This document shows, piece after piece, positions 62,401-64,000 of a DNA stretch of 64,000 bases (positions within the stretch are counted from its first letter, which is position 1; every line of letters begins with the position of its first letter). The stretch lies in assembly GCA_051362555.1 (NCBI GenBank), contig CM120641.1:21266001-21330000 (forward strand), given 5' to 3'. The notes below the pieces were generated by a model. It did no database searches. It saw only the letters and a program-made list of their open reading frames with translations, and was not told the origin of the DNA. Made by a program: the position numbers and the translations under genes. Source of the stretch: Lingula anatina. Taxonomy: Eukaryota; Animalia; Brachiopoda.

Positions 62401-64000
62401 GAATTCGCTCCCTGCTAATGACTAACTAGATTATAAATAGTTAGTACAGGTTTCTTTGTAATTTTTGTTTTACTAAATATCAGTGTGCTTTTGAATCTGA
62501 ATTATGCACAGGCTGTGAAATGTCTTTGGTTGCACCTCATATTATATATGTTATTGTCCCTAACATATGTATTTATCCTCCTTTACACATTAAGACTATT
62601 TGGTGCATACTTATTTAATGTTTTATCCAGGCACAAAGTCTGCATAGGAACCATTTAGTCTCTGTGCTTGATAAAGAACTAACCTAATCAATTAATCCTA
62701 GGTGGTAAAGGTTTACAAGGTGTTACAGCATGAAGCCTATGTGGTCTTTAATATGAATGGTGTGCAGGGATTAAATGTTTCTGCTTATTGCACTTTATAT
62801 CATTTTACTTGCTCCTTATTTCAGTGTTCATTTCATTTTGCTGAAATGTCATAATGAATGTTTAGAGGCATCTCCATTTTATGTCAACCAATTATTGTTG
62901 GACAAGTTGAATATTTAAATGATGTGGTTACATTAATGTGTTCGTCCTGCAGTGGGGAAAGGGACAAACTTTGGGAAACCAACTGAATCAAACATTATTT
63001 GGGAACTTAATTCTCTCTTTGGTGATTTTTGACATCATTTCTTTTTAATCAGCATTTTGTAGTTGGACTTTAAGGGAATGTGTTTTCAAAGGTTTTTAAA
63101 AACATTTTACATTATTAAGCATGAAGGCATAGGGTGCTGCCTTTGGATCCCATAACTACTATGCAATATCATAATGTTTTACAGTTAATATGCAGATCAT
63201 CTTCACTGAATTGAATACCAAGGTTTTTGTGACAGTGCCAATTTGCTTGTAAATTCCCCCCGAGTAGCCCTCCCTTATATAAAAGTCAAGTTTTGAGTGG
63301 TTTGTTTTACAGAATACTCTGGTGGCAAAGATCCATCCGCCTACCAGAGGCTGTGTTTTGGTGCCCTGGCAGGTCTGTGCGGCCAGTCTGCCTCTTACCC
63401 TCTGGACATTGTGCGAAGGAGGATGCAAACTGCTGGTAAGGAACATTTGGTTTGGCAAAAAGAGATTGCCCAAAATGATCAAGTTCCGACTAAAAAGTCA
63501 TAATTTAAAAATTCGAGGTGACACAAGGAAACTCACAGGACAAAAACATCTTGAAATATGATATCATGACATATTTATTTTTGTGGAATTTCTTTGTGGT
63601 GTCTCACCATTATCTGTGCAGTATTCTTGGGGGGAAAAAAATCCCTACAGTTTGTGATCAGTGCAGTTTTTCTCATGGAACACTTCTTGAAATACTGATT
63701 TATTTTATCAGTAAATGTCAGTGGAGCATGATCCAGATGCTAATTTGCTAGTAAATAAGAACTTTAAGTAATTTACTTTGCTTTGGCTACATAGTTCATG
63801 TTTTTTTTTAGGTATAAACTGTCAGTATCTGTTTAATTTTTTAGGTGTCACTGGCAAAAGTAGTGAATACACAGGTATTATTAGAACAATGAGGAAAGTG
63901 GTCCAGGCAGAGGGAGTGATAGGGGGCCTTTACAAGGGACTTTCCATGAACTGGATAAAAGGACCCATTGCAGTGGGAATAAGTTTTACAACTTTTGAGA
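59451..64000 (+). CDS. SLC25A42: Mitochondrial coenzyme A carrier SLC25A42, 3' partial, coding exon 5 duplicated
   Basis: Perfect Kozak GCCACCATGG. Exons 59451-59612, 59894-60002, 60196-60379, 60810-60938, [61382-61533 or 62045-62196], 63313-63435 and 63845->64000. Carrier signatures PLDRTK, PLDMVR and PLDIVR, plus the SLC25A42-type [20 protein letters not shown] and [24 protein letters not shown]. Confidence 0.93.
61382..61533 (+). CDS. SLC25A42: SLC25A42 alternative exon 5a (mutually exclusive)
   Basis: 152 nt, CTCTAG acceptor and GTAAGA donor, phase 2 to 1. Encodes [50 protein letters not shown]. Confidence 0.88.
62045..62196 (+). CDS. SLC25A42: SLC25A42 alternative exon 5b (mutually exclusive)
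   Basis: 152 nt, TTTCAG acceptor and GTAAGA donor, phase 2 to 1. Encodes [50 protein letters not shown]. Confidence 0.88.

Overview
This is AT-rich animal genomic DNA with spliceosomal introns, probably from a lophotrochozoan or mollusc (inferred from gene style, not proven). Seven protein-coding genes can be assembled by hand. They are an intronless FoxA (-), an intronless LicD/fukutin-family type II membrane transferase (-), a divergent 10-exon PP1-like phosphatase (+), a 12-exon CYP4V-like P450 (-) with one GC-AG intron, IPMK (+, head-to-head with the P450), CALML4 (-) and SLC25A42 (+, running off the right edge). The most notable result is two independent tandem exon duplications that can only be spliced mutually exclusively. 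IPMK has two 173-nt versions of the exon carrying the catalytic PxxxDxKxG motif and the inositol-binding helix (about 41% aa identity). SLC25A42 has two 152-nt versions of the exon encoding transmembrane helix 4 (about 68% identity). Both pairs are flanked by intronic complementary segments that look like competing docking/selector RNA structures. The window also holds several palindromic MITE-like elements, an internally deleted Tc1/mariner, a motif-rich CpG-retaining region around FoxA, and a CpG-depleted housekeeping block to the right. All gene models and base-pairings were read by eye. No alignment, folding or database search was run, and comparisons with human genes are from memory.
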